Shown here: positions 50,938 to 64,000 of the stretch, piece after piece
How the letters are laid out: each line of letters begins with the position of its first letter
Position numbering within the stretch: the first letter of the stretch is position 1
Assembly: GCA_016748015.1 (NCBI GenBank)
Contig: JAAOMT010000710.1
Location: 434,001-498,000, forward strand
DNA length: 64,000 nucleotides
Direction: 5' to 3'
Source of the DNA: Geosiphon pyriformis uo1
Lineage: Eukaryota; Fungi; Glomeromycota
Position numbers and translations under genes: made by a program
The notes under the pieces: model-generated
The model's database searches: none
Told to the model about the DNA's origin: nothing
What the model saw: the letters and a program-made list of their open reading frames with translations, nothing else

Positions 50938-53271
50938 ATGTTTAGTTTCACCATTCCCATTTTTAGTTTTGAGCCCTCGCTAGTTCTTATATCAATCTTA
51001 GCTTTCACAGTTTATTATTTAAGAAAGCCAAAGAATACTTTGGTAGGTATTAAGTCCAAGGCTAATTCATCAGATGGTTTCTTCTTTTCTAATGTTATTA
51101 TTATTATTGAAATTCTTTTGAAAGAATGAACCACCCCTTGTTCCCTATAAATATCCCTTAATCGGACATACCTATGAGATTAGGGATGATTGTGAAGGCT
51201 TTTTGAGAAGATGCCGGGAAAAGGTTTATAATCAAATCATTAAAGTTTATATTAAATAACTAGCCAAAGATTGTATTTCTAATTTAACATGATTCAATTT
51301 ACCCTTCGTCCTTTTTCTAGTATGGAGATATATATAACATTTATCAATATGGTGAAGTTTATACCATAGCCGGAAAAGATTGTACCCATGAATTTCTCGC
51401 AAATAAACATGCAAACTTTTTAGATGCCATAGAGATGGTATGCTATTAATTTGAAAATCGTTATCTTTTCTTTTTTGAATCCCTTCTCACCAATATTGTC
51501 CAAGATATTTCCCTTGACGAAAATTCTAGGTACTGATAAACCAAAAAATCGGGAGGCTTCTATAAAGTTAATTCGTGATCAAGTCAACCCACTTATCCCA
51601 AAGACCATTGAAAAGTTTCAAGAGCGAGCGAAAATAGCGTTCGAAAAACATCTGGGGCTTTCTGAAGGTTTATATCATTTGACTTTTCAATAGATTTTTG
51701 CATGTGTAGCTGATAATATGAATAACCATCCTTCTGTTTCTCTAAAAGAACCCAAAACGGTTTACTCCTTGGACAAAAAAATTCGAGAAATCGTATCATT
51801 TTCAGGTGCATTTTTGGTCTTTGGTGAGGTGAGGAAAATATTCCATTAAACCTATCACCACTCGTTCAATAGATCATTTAGATCTTTATTGGATGCAATT
51901 TTAGGAACTCTCCTATGACACGGAATTAATATCCTCTTGTGCTGGTTTTACCAATGATATATTTGAATTTTTTAATATTCCTCGAACATTGGCTTTTATT
52001 CATCCTTGGCTTCACAGACAAAAAGTCGAGTATGTTTCTTTATTTGTTTAAATTTGGCTTTTGTTGAATCTGTGGATATTAAATATTTACCGATTCCTTT
52101 AACTCCAAACAGGTGGAAGATCAGAGTAGGAGAGAATCCAGCTGAAAGAAATCGTGCCAAATTAATCAAGAAACTCCCAAAAATTGTTGAAAATCGTATT
52201 AAAGAGATGAGAGAGCAAGGAGATAAATATAATCCACCGGTGAATATTGATATCAAGTTTTAATCATTTTTAAATTATTCAACTGACACATTTTTCCATT
52301 TGAACAGTTCGATTTTGTACAAAAGATATTAGACGATAATGTAGCCGGGGAAAAAGAAAATATCGATTACAATCTAATGGCCATATTGATTTATTCAATA
52401 ATATTTGTTTCTATTGCAGGAACTAGTGTGAAACTGTCAGATGCGATTATAGGTAGGTCAATCTTTTATTAAGCCAAAATATTTCAAAGGCTATTAATTG
52501 ATATATTTTTATTTATTTAAATATTTAGATTATGCAAATGAGACTGATTATCAAAAAGAGTTACAAGAAGAACAAGAAAAAATCGCTCAAGAATATGGAG
52601 CTGATAAATTTATCACAATTCCTCAACTTGAAAAGATGGTTAAACTTCAGAGTTTTATTAAAGAATCGATACGGTATAATGAGGAATTTTGTAAGCATTT
52701 TTCAAAATTTCTTTTCTTTTCTTCTTCTCCTTCTCTCATTCTCATTTGCATTCCTTGACCATATTATAAAATTTACGTTTTGGTCTCTAGTGGGCTTACC
52801 AAAGGTTAACTTGTCTTCGTCGCCCATCACGCTTTCAAATGGATATCAAATTCCCCCAAGTAAGTGTCATTACAAATCATAAAGTAATTTGAATATTTTT
52901 CGCCCGTTAAAATTTACTAAACTTGAATAACACTCTGAAACACGACTATAGAAAGAACAGTATTCTGTGACCTTTTGAGTGTGAAGGAGAGTGAAGAATA
53001 TCACGGCTCTGATCCGACTAAATTTGATCCTCGTAGATATCTCAATAAAAATAGTTCAACTACTCTAGTTAGCCGTACCTATTTGCCGTTTGGACTTGGC
53101 CGAAATGCTTGTCCTGGTCGCTTTCTTGCAATGACTTACGTCAAGATCTTGCTTTCGATGATCATTCGCAATTATAAAGTTAGTTTTGCGAGTGGTGCTA
53201 AACCAAAAAAAACGGTGTTTGAAGGACGTTTTATACCTTCATCGGATGGTGTGATTTTTGAGAAAAGGTAG
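50938..53271 (+). CDS. Cytochrome P450, paralogue 1; 11 exons, intact
   Basis: N-terminal hydrophobic anchor, EPPLVPYKYPLIGH, KESIR (ExxR), FDPRRY, heme motif FGLGRNACPG. Ten GT-AG introns give an open frame (exon 1 50938-51042, exon 2 51125-51223, exon 3 51321-51437). Confidence 0.93.
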
Positions 53272-53819
53272 CCTAAACTCTGAAAGCTGTTTAAGGTCTC
53301 CAGCATCTTATTTTAGATTTAACTAGTGCCATTTAAATTTTAATCCAAAAACCTTGATTAGTAAATTTATCTGATTTCTCAATGTAATGCCTAATATTTA
53401 AAATTAGAAATGACATTAAGGCCGATTTTGGTTGTTCAAATTTTAATAAACGTTCTTTAGTTTTGCGATCGTATAATCACCTGAATAATCAGCTATATAT
53501 AGAAAAGTTATTAATAATTCAATTAGCTCGTGTTTCTGATATAGTTAATATGAATGCTGTTTCTTAAATAAATCTTATTTTTTGAAATTTCAATCTTTTT
53601 CAACTTTAAATCTTGGAAAGATATTTCACATTTTTTCATAAAGTATCTGGAATTCACTTTTTATCATCATTATCTTCATCATTATCAAGTAAAGAAAAAC
53701 TTTTATTGGTGATGAATTAGAAATCTGGTTCAGAAATAACTGTTTAAAATAATTTGTATATAAACAAGTTAAAAATGCATTTAAGAAATAATATTAAAAT
53801 GCTGCTCATTTTTTTAAAA

Positions 53820-53873
53820 ATTATTATTATTATTATTATTATTATTGTTGTTGTTGTTGTTGTTGTTATTGTT

Positions 53874-53948
<75 letters not shown>

Positions 53949-53954
53949 ATTGTT

Positions 53955-54017
<63 letters not shown>

Positions 54018-54044
54018 ATTGTTGTTGTTGTTGTTTTTATTGTT

Positions 54045-54116
<72 letters not shown>

Positions 54117-54155
54117 ATTGTTGTTATTGTTGTTGTTGTTGTTATGATTGTTATT
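53820..54155. repeat. Compound microsatellite, (ATT)n then interrupted (GTT)n
   Basis: Directly visible, about 335 bp. Confidence 0.98.
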
Positions 54156-57100
54156 TTTTATTTTACCAAAAATAAACAGATGAGCCAAAATATTGAAAAA
54201 CTAAATCTAATACTAACAAATGTGTTTATTTATTTCTAAAAAAATTATAATTGTAAAATCAAATACAATACCTATCCAAAATAAATTGCAAGACTATCAC
54301 AAAACCAAAACACACCAATAAATCAAGATCAAAACTCTCTCTGTAAGCAGAGTTTTTAGAACCAAAAACCATTTGATTATAAATATTTAATAAAACAAAA
54401 TCATTGCTTACTATTAAACTTTTATATATTTTTTATTTTAAGCTTAGAGTTTAACAATCAGACAGTTTTTATGTTTAACAACCAAATTATAAACAAAATT
54501 CACAATATACTAAGCAGTTTTAAAAACAAACCCAAAAGTTAAAAAAAATTTTTAATACTAATTCTTAAGAATAAAACTTTTGACTACTGTTATATATAAA
54601 ATATTATTATTATTAAGAACTTGCAATATCTAAAAATTAACAATAAAATAATTTAATAAAGCCACTTATTTATTAACTTTATTTTTAATAATTTTTTCTC
54701 AAATAACAATAAAATTTTTGATCATAAATTAAAAAATTAATTATTTAATCTATTGTAAAATGAAAAAAAATACTTTAATTTTTCAATTATTTAAAATAAC
54801 AATTTATATTTAAGTTTTTAAAATACTATTTATAATACACAAAAATAAATAGTCTGAATTTTTTATTTATTATATTTAATCTATTTTATATTAAAATAAA
54901 CTAAATTATAAAATCTCTTATATAATATTATTAAAAGTTATTTATTAAACCAAATTTGATGTAATTATTAGAATATTAAATCAAAATATCAAAATTTTTA
55001 ACCAAAAAAAATTTAATCATTTAAAAACATATTTGGTTTTTTATTAAATTATAATAAAGATAATAAAATTGACATAAAAATAAAAAGACGTTTTTTGTTA
55101 ATAAGAAATTTAGTGTCTAAAAAAATGTAATTAAATTTAATATAAATTATTGGTTTTATACTTAATTAAAAATTATTTTGAATAATAATAGTATTTAATA
55201 ATAATTATATTTTGTTATCTTTAGCTTATACAAAAATTTTAAGCAAAATAAAACTTAAGAAAAAAAGTCTATAAGTAAAAAAAATAAATAGTACTTATAT
55301 ATATATTAATAAAAAATAATATCATAAGAGAGATTTTTTATAAAAAATAAATAATTAAAAATATAAAATGTATTAAATATATATTTATTAAAAAAGCTCT
55401 AAAATATTAAAAGATATATATAAACGTTCTAAAAGCATATAAGATAAATAATAATATTTAGTATTAGAAATAATTTTTTAAGCTTGAGTTTTTGCATTAT
55501 AAAGTATTTAATATTTAATTGTCTTAAAAAAATCTGTAGAAATTAAGATTAAAGAATGTTTAAATTAAAAAAATAAAAAATAAAAAATAAAAAGATTATT
55601 ATTAATTTTACAAAAAATTTTTTCATTTTTTATTAAAACTATAATTTAAAAAGTTTATATAATATTTTAAATAATTATCAATCTTTTTTAAATTTTGTAA
55701 TAGGAATTAATTAGCTTGATAGATTTAAAGAAGTGTTTTAAAATTAATTATTTTTATTTAAATTTGTTAATTACAAAAATCTATTTTATTTTATTTTGGT
55801 TATATAATATGTTGCAAAAAAAATTGAACAGAAAAAATAATTATTGTGTTTTATTTACAATAGTGTTTTATTAATTTTACTAATTCAATTAAAGTAAATT
55901 AGAGAATATTTTATTATTATTTTTTTATAAATTGTTTTAATTTATTTTGATTTTTAAACATATACTTTTTTCACATTTTTTTTACAATAGTTCATAAGTT
56001 TTCAATAGAATTCAAGTCAAGACTATTAGATAGCCAAATTACAATTTTAAGCATATTTTCTTAAAAAAAGACTTTGGTTAAATAACTTGTATATTTTAAG
56101 TTATTATTCTGTTAAAACCACTACTTATTTCTTAATATTTTTTTTTATTTTAACTAAATGTTTATAATAATTTTTACATAAAACTTAACATCTATTATTT
56201 AGGTAAAACAAAATAAATTTATCTTTTTTTTCATAAAAACTATCTTATATTATATTTTTTTTCGATTTTTTAATATAACACAAATTTGTTACTAGTCTTT
56301 ATACTAATATTCTATTATAATTTAGAATAAACAAATAGTTGTTTTATTTAAAAAAACAGTTCTTTTTCAATTATTATTAAAATGTTTTTGAGTTTACTTT
56401 ATATAATTTTTCTTGTAAAGATTGATAAATATTAAAGTTGTCAAAAACAAGTTTTTTTTATATTTATAATTAATTAAATACTTTTAGATAGTACTAAAAA
56501 AAATATTTACATTTTTTTTGTTAATTTATTTTTAAAGTTTTCGAAAATATTATAATATATTTTTAATTTTTTATGGCTAATTATTTTTATTTATATGCTT
56601 TACTATTCTTGTTTTTTTGAGTTTTTTATGAATATTATAGATAGTTAAGTATAGTATATTTGTTTACTGTTTTATTTCAATTGTATTTTATATTTTTTTT
56701 ATTTCAAAAATATAATATAGTTTGGTACTGTGTTTTTTGTTTGAAAAATAGTATTATGCAAAAAAATTTTAAAAATTTTTTTTAATAAAATATGTAAAAA
56801 AAATTTATCATATTTAGTTACTTATCTTAGCATTTACTTTCTAATTTAATTGGTACAAACTAATTAAAATTGTATTAAGTTTTATAATATGTATTTTTGT
56901 CCAATTTTTTTTATAATAAATTATAATTTTTATATTAAATAAATTAATTGTTATATATAATATTAAAAAAATAGATATAATATTAAAAAAATAGATATAA
57001 TATTTCGAAGATTTGATTAATATAAATTATAATAATTATCAATGTTAAATATCAAAAAATATTTGTATTAATAAATAAAAAAAGATTAATTAAAAATATA

Positions 57101-57342
57101 AAATATATTATTAACTTATATATATATATATATTAAATTTAATATAATTTTTACTAATAAGCAATGATTTTTATTATATTATTGATTTTATTAAATACTA
57201 TTTAATAAGTAAAACTTAATTTTATTTTAACAAGTAAATCTATTTTAATTATTAATATATTATATTTCAACATAAAAAGTTTTATAAATAATTTAATATT
57301 ATTAATTTGTTTATTAAGAATTATAGCTAATTAATAACATAT

Positions 57343-57956
57343 TATTATAAATTTAAATAACAAGTTAATAGATAATAATAAAAAAGTTATTAAAAATAAT
57401 GAAAATAATCAATGAAAAAGTTTAATTAAAAAAGCAAATTAAATTTGTAAGAATTCAGTTTTAAAATCACAGTTATTAATTATTATTGTTATTATTATAT
57501 GTTTTATTTTGCAATCTTTAAAATCAATAAAAAATATTGTTGTGTTTTTTCAATTATTTTTTTATTCAATAAATTACAAAAATAAGCAAATGTTTTTCAG
57601 AATAATTTTAATAAAAATCAAGAAAAAAAGATAAAGTATGTAAATACTAATAAGTAATTTTTTATCTATAAATGTTTAGATACTTAAAAATAAGAAATTG
57701 AAAAAAAAGAATAAGTAATAAAAAAAAATTATTGGATATGTTTTTATTGTAATTTATTCTTAGACTTCATATTTTTTTACAGCTAGAAAATTCATTACTT
57801 ATATAGTTATTGAAAAGAGCTCAATAACCAGATCAATAATCAAGTTATTAATCAGATCAATGATCAAATCAATGATTAAGTCAATAATTTTTATCTAAAA
57901 ATAAGGTGGCTAATATCTATGATAATTAATAAAAACTATGGTTATCAAATATAATA
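57343..57956 (-). mobile_element. Highly degraded solo LTR related to family A
   Basis: Retains ACAGCTAGAAAATTCATTACTTATATAG, about six 12-bp units and GGTGGCTAAT; ATAT on both flanks (57339-57342, 57957-57960). Confidence 0.75.
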
Positions 57957-59600
57957 ATATAAACACTTTATTTGTTTTTTGTGGCTTTATTTTTTGAGAT
58001 AGAATTAGTTAATTAATATAAAACATAAAAAAAATATAAATTCTAAAGAATGTAATATACAAACCAAAGATGTTTTAGAGCCAGAATTACATTTAATATT
58101 TCGGCCGTATTTTGGTCATTAATGAATGAGTGTCTTGATTTTAAAATGACAAATAATTATTATATAAATAATAGGATCTTGCAAAACTAATTTAATCTTT
58201 AAGAAAAAACTTTTTATTTCATGTTTATTGATAACATATTTCAAAATAAAATGCAGGTATACACACTGTGTTGCCAAGATTTAATATAAATCATGAATCT
58301 AGTATATTTTTTAACAAGTTTAATTTAAAATGCAAATTCTTTAATTTGAAATAAGATATTTGGTTATTCTCAAATGTTGACACTTATTTTTTGAACTTTA
58401 TTTCAAGAATTTAATTAAATATCTTTGAAATAAAGAATATTTTAAAATTACCTATAGAAAATTTATTATTATTAAAAGTTTCATCCAAGGAATTAACGGG
58501 TGGCTAGTCACATTTACTTTAAACTTGTACATGTATTATGTATGCAGATTGTGGAAGGGCTACACTCATTAAAGCAAAAAATATATATTATTTTGTTTGC
58601 GAAATAATTCAAAAGAAACTTACTTCCGTTGAAATTTTAAAAGGAGTTTTAGTAATAAACACGAACACAATTTATTTTACAAATAATTGGGATTTCGCGG
58701 CTATAATTAAAATAATTGCTGCAACGAAAATTCTAGAAATTTACTTTGAGTGGTACTAAAAAATAAAACGCAGGATAAAATTAATGATTAAGAGTTTTAT
58801 TAGCAAATCATTGGGCAAATTTTTGATTTAAATTCTTTTAGTGAGCCGAAACTCCATAATGTCTGAAGTATTGGTTCCCAATGTTACATGTGTGACCCAT
58901 GTAATCCTACAACTTCAAATTTGGTGCTGGCCAATGATTTATCCTTTTATCGAATTTAATCACCGAGATAAAGAAATAAATTCAAGAATCTTTTGATTAG
59001 ATTATTATGGAAATTTCCAAAAATTAAATGTTTGATACCTGAAATCAGGTTAGCGATTATTCTCGAAATCATTTTTTAAATATGAATGGGATTGATTTAG
59101 CAAAGGTGGATGAGGAATGGCTTATGGGGAAAGTGAAATTTCAACAGAATTTTTGATTATTTGAACCAGAATTCCAAAGTTATATAGGTAAGTGGAGATG
59201 AGTTATTATTTTGAGTTTGAAACTTTAATCGATTATCAGATTTGAATTTCTAGGTAAGGCTTTTTCAAACGAAATTCGAAAATTTCAAACTTCGCATAAC
59301 GCTTGCTGTTTTCACGACCTTAGACTTTGGCAAAAATCCAAAAAGTTAAGCCCTCTAAAGGTCCTTGATATTGAATTAATCATAATTAGGTGACAATTTC
59401 TTGCCACAATTTCTTAATAAGGAGAAAAGCAATTTATTTTCATTATTGGGGACCATATTTTGGATATAAGATGGGATATTGTTATAGGAAATAAAAAATG
59501 AAATTTTTTCTGTTTGCCAAGTTTAAGAAAACATCTTAAAAGAAAGCTTTTATCCCATATTTTGAGAGCGGAAAGTTTCCAAATAAAGGCATTCATTACA

Positions 59601-59620
59601 NNNNNNNNNNNNNNNNNNNN
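59601..59620. other. Assembly gap
   Basis: Run of N at the position homologous to the first gap. Confidence 1.
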
Positions 59621-60757
59621 AATTTTGGGGGTTTTTTTTATTTAATTCGTCGATACAAGCTCAAATTGTTTATATATAGTAGAAACTCTTAAGAATTAGG
59701 TAATTCCTGACGTTGATGTATAAAGAAATCTAAATTATTTTTCAGGTCTCGATTTAGTTTGGTCGGTTTTATAGAATAATCTGAATGCTATATCAAATTA
59801 AGAAACTAATATTTAAAATAAATAACCGATGAGATATTACATCACCTTGTTTGAACAAATATTCCGACAAAATACCAAAAATATTTATATTTGCAAATTC
59901 AGATGTTCGATATCGAAATGTTCACATAACTAAATCATTTCAATATCATATGAACTAGTGAATAAATATAAATAAATAAAGTTATTCTTAAAATTATTTA
60001 TTGCGGGTATAAAGAATTGATAAATTATTTGAATTATTTAAAATTTATTGAGTAGTATTATTAAAACTTTTAAATTTTATTTTCAGGCGACCATTTTTTT
60101 CAATCCACTTAATAGTTTCTTGTCACGTCACATTACATCACATCCCAAACATATCATATTGTCATTTAAAATTGATCACAATAAATCAATTTCCTAAAAA
60201 TTTTTAAAAGATATTTTGATTTCAGAAGAAATCTTTTCTTAAAATGATCGAGCTAAGTGTGAATTCTTATACTTTATAGGAAATGAGAATGTGTACAAGG
60301 TAAGAAGTTTCACCATAAAAAAAAATACATTACTCCCACTAAAAAGAAATTATGGTAACTAAATAAGGAGAATTATGAATTACTAAAAAAAGTTTACAAA
60401 TTAGTTTTCAATTCGATGATTTACCACCAGATTATTATATCCTTTTTTTTTAATGTTGAAATGAGGGGTAAAGGATGTCTGTGAATTGATATTTTTGTAA
60501 TTAAAGCGAGAGTTGATCAGGATTTTTACAATTAATGACTTTGATCAAAATAATAAAATTTTTTAAATTATAAAACTTGTTCTATTTTTGAGATTTTTAA
60601 ATGTAAATTAAACTTGATTCGTTCAAATTTAAGGATCGGGCTTTTTCAATTTAGGAGCTATTACTCGATTATTATCAATAATTAAAAGGTATAGAAAAAA
60701 TCTATAATATAAAGCCATCCTCCATTCCATTAATCCTATTTCGAATTGATTGCAACT

Positions 60758-63087
60758 ATGTTTAGTTTCACCATTCCCATTTTTAGTTTTGAGCCCTCGT
60801 TAGTTCTTATAACATTTTTAGCTTTCATAATTTATTATTTAAGAAATTCAAAGAATAATTTGGTGAGTATTAAGTCAAAGTTTAATTCCTCAGATGATTT
60901 CTTCTTTTCTAATGTACGATCATTATTGAAATCTTTTTAAAGAATGAACCACCCCTTGTCCCCTATAAATATCCCTTGATCGGACATACTTATGAGATTA
61001 GGAAAGATTGTGAAGGCTTTTTGAGAAGATGCCGGGAAAAGGTTTGTAATCAATCATTAAAGTTTATACCAAATAACTGAGCTGAAGATTATATTTCTAC
61101 CTTAACACAATTCAATTTACCTTTCGTCCTTTTTCTAGTATGGAGATGTATACAACATTTATCGAGGGTGTCAAGTTCATACTATTGCTGGAAAAGATTA
61201 TGCCCATGAATTTATCACAAATAAACATGCAGATTTCTTAGGAGGCATAGAGAGGGTATGTTATTCAATTTGAAAATTGGTATACTATCTTTTTTAAATC
61301 ACCTCTTCTTTTCAATATTGTGAAAGTCAATTCCCATCATGGAACTTCTGGGTTTGGATGAATCAACGCGGAATATTTCTATAAAGCTGGTTCGTGATGA
61401 ATTTACACCACTTATGTCAAATTTTATTGAAAAGATTCAATTGCGAGCAAAGATAGGGCTCGAAAAACATTTAGGACTTTGTCAAGGTTTATATTACTTG
61501 ACTTTTTAATAGAATTTTCATGTAATATGATTAAACATACTTCTGTTTCTCTCTAAAAGACCCCAAGACCGTCTACTTCTTAACCAACACAATTCGAGAA
61601 ATCCTATCATTTGCAAATGCATTTGTGATCTTTGGTGAGGTGAGAAAGATATAGCAATTAATTCATCGCCACTTTTTTAATAGATTATTTAGATCTTTAT
61701 TTGGTGAAATTTTAGGAACTCTCCTACGACACGGAATTAATATCCTCTTGTGCTGGTTTTACCAATGATCTCATTAAATTTGCTCGATTTCCTGCAACGT
61801 TAGGTTTTATTCATCCTTGGTTTCATAAAAAACAAGTCCAGTATGTTTAGATTTGGCTTTTGTTTAATTTGTGCCCAGGTATTGAATATTTATGATCCCT
61901 TTAACTCCTCATAGTTGGATGATGAGACTGGTAAAGAATCCAGGGGAAAGAAATCGTGCCAAATTAATAAATAAACTCCCAAAAATTGTTGAAAATCGTA
62001 TTAAAGAGATGAGAGAGCAGGGAGATAAGTATAATCCACCGGTGAATATTGATATCAAGTTTTAATCATTTTTAAATTATTTAACTGACACATTTTTCCA
62101 TTTGAACAGTTCGATTTTGTACAAAAGATATTAGACGATAATTTAGCCGGGGAAAAAGAAAATATCGATTACAATCTAATGGCTGTAATGATTTATGCAA
62201 TAATATTTCTTTCTATTTTAGCAACTGCTTCGAAACTTACATATGCGATTATAGGTAGGTCAATCTTTTATTAAGCCAAAATATTTCAAAAGACTATTAA
62301 TTGTTATATTTTTATTTATTTAAATATTTAGATTATGCAACTGAGACTGATTATCAAAAAGAGTTACAAGAAGAACAAGAAAAAATCGCTCAAGAATATG
62401 GACCTGATAAATGTATCACAATTCCTCAACTTGAAAGGATGGTTAAACTTGAGAGTTTTATTAAAGAATCGATGCGGTATAATGAGGATATTTGTAAGTA
62501 TTTTTTTATTTTTATTTTATTTTATTTTATTTTTCTTCCCTCTTTTTCTTCTCCTCCTTCTCTTATTCTCATTCTTATTCCTTGACCATATTATAAAATT
62601 TTCTAGTGGGCTTATCAAAGGTTAACTTGTCTTCGTCGCCCATCACGCTTTCAAATGGATATCAAATCCCCCCAAGTAAGTGTCATTACAAATCATTAAG
62701 TAATTTGAATATTTTTCGCCCGTTAAAATTTACTAAACTTGAATAACACTCTGAAACACGACTATAGAAAGAACAGTATGGTGTGACCTTTTGAGTGTGA
62801 AGGAGAGTGAAGAATATCACGGCTCTGATCCGACTAAATTTGATCCTCGTAGGTATCTCAATAAAAATAGTTCAACTACTCTAGTTAGCCGTACCTATTT
62901 GCCGTTTGGACTTGGCCGACACGCTTGTCCTGGTCGCTTTTTTGCGATGACTAATATCAAGCTCTTGCTTTCGATGATCATTCGCAATTATAAAGTTAGT
63001 TTTGTGGGTGGTGCTAAACCAAAAAAAACGGTGTTTGAAGGACGTCTTCTACCTTCATCGGATGGTGTGATTTTTGAGAAAAGGTAG
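60758..63087 (+). CDS. Cytochrome P450, paralogue 2; 11 exons, intact
   Basis: Same intron positions as paralogue 1; KESMR, FDPRRY, FGLGRHACPG. Confidence 0.93.
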
Positions 63088-64000
63088 CCTAAACTCTCTG
63101 AAAGCTGGTTAAGGTCTTCAGCATCTTTGGTTTAGATTTAACAAGTACCCTTTAAATTTTGATTAGTAAATTTATCTGATTTCTCAATGTAATGCCTAAT
63201 ATTTAAAATATTCACTAAAATTAGAAATGATATTAGGGCCGATGTTTGGTTGTCACCCGTATAATATTAACCTACCCCTGTTTTCGGATGAAAAATCACC
63301 TGAATAATCAGCTATATATAGAAAAGTCATTAATAATTCAATTAGCTCATATTTCTGATATGAATGCAGTTTGTTGATTAATTAATTATTATTAATCAAA
63401 AAATCATAATAATATAAATTATGTATATATGAATTAATTGAAACAAATATTATAATTTTAATATAAATTTTACTAATCATAATTATGTAATTGTTTTTTA
63501 TTAATAAATTTTATTTTTATTTATTTTTAATAATTGTAAATGTTTATAATTATTAAAATGATTAATAATTTATTTTAAAAACTTCTTAATAATTATTAAT
63601 TTTAGCATAATAAAAAATATTTAAAAAAAATTCATAAATATCAAATTCAAATGAAAAAATTGAATATTTAACTTCGCCATAATACCTCAAAATACCCTCT
63701 TCCTTTTTTACCTTATATAATTATTAATATAAATTTAATTTAAGACTATTATGAATTAGCATTAGAAAACTGCGCTTTAACGTTTTTTGCTTTGTATTGT
63801 TTCTTTTTTCATTAGATACAAAATTAGATGGGTATATTATGTTTACAACTCAGCATTGTTTATTTTGAGTATCATAATAAACAAACATCAAAAAGAAATT
63901 ATATTATCAATTCATCAACTAATGAATCAAAATTTAATTTAGAAATTGCATATAAATCATTAATCTTAAAAGGAAGAACTTGTATTTAGCCTTTTGAATT

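Larger units (their letters stand above)
48901..53560 (+). repeat. Tandem duplication unit 1 (upstream region, P450 gene and 3' flank)
   Basis: Homologous to 58882-about 63370; both start TGTTACATGTGTGACCC. Confidence 0.88.
58882..63370 (+). repeat. Tandem duplication unit 2
   Basis: Homologous to 48901-about 53560. Confidence 0.88.

Noticed and set aside
53754-54239. Poly-Val, poly-Leu and poly-Asn ORFs
   Set aside because: They are translations of the (GTT)n microsatellite, with no coding flanks.
58538-58759. 73-aa ORF upstream of duplication unit 2
   Set aside because: No recognisable motif, splice structure or homologue within the window.

Overview
Very AT-rich eukaryotic window, probably fungal; an early-diverging Mucoromycota/Glomeromycotina-type genome is my inference from gene and repeat style, not verified. 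Bases 1 to about 48,900 hold decayed retroelements separated by near G/C-free tracts. There are four copies of a LINE (APE-RT-RNaseH-zinc finger); one is full length (minus strand, 7089-21590) and is interrupted by Ty3/Gypsy element A1 (7246-14896). A second family-A copy, A2 (minus, 22865-about 40281), is interrupted by a different, dUTPase-carrying Gypsy element B (27445-37304). An ORF1-only non-autonomous element (45171-47445) shares the LINE 5' motif and 3' hairpin tail. All elements are pseudogenised, mostly by C:G to T:A transitions. From about 48,900 to 64,000 lies a tandem duplication (copies about 10 kb apart) of two intact 11-exon cytochrome P450 genes, separated by a (GTT)n tract and a solo LTR. 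Most interesting: (1) an unusual Gypsy layout of gag, a -1 frameshift into PR-RT-RH, an apparently stand-alone integrase ORF, and an uncharacterised ORF-X that runs through the PPT and appears shared by both families; (2) the ORF1-only LINE partner; (3) transition-only mutation restricted to TEs; (4) P450 paralogues whose differences cluster at substrate-recognition sites. All alignments were done by eye.
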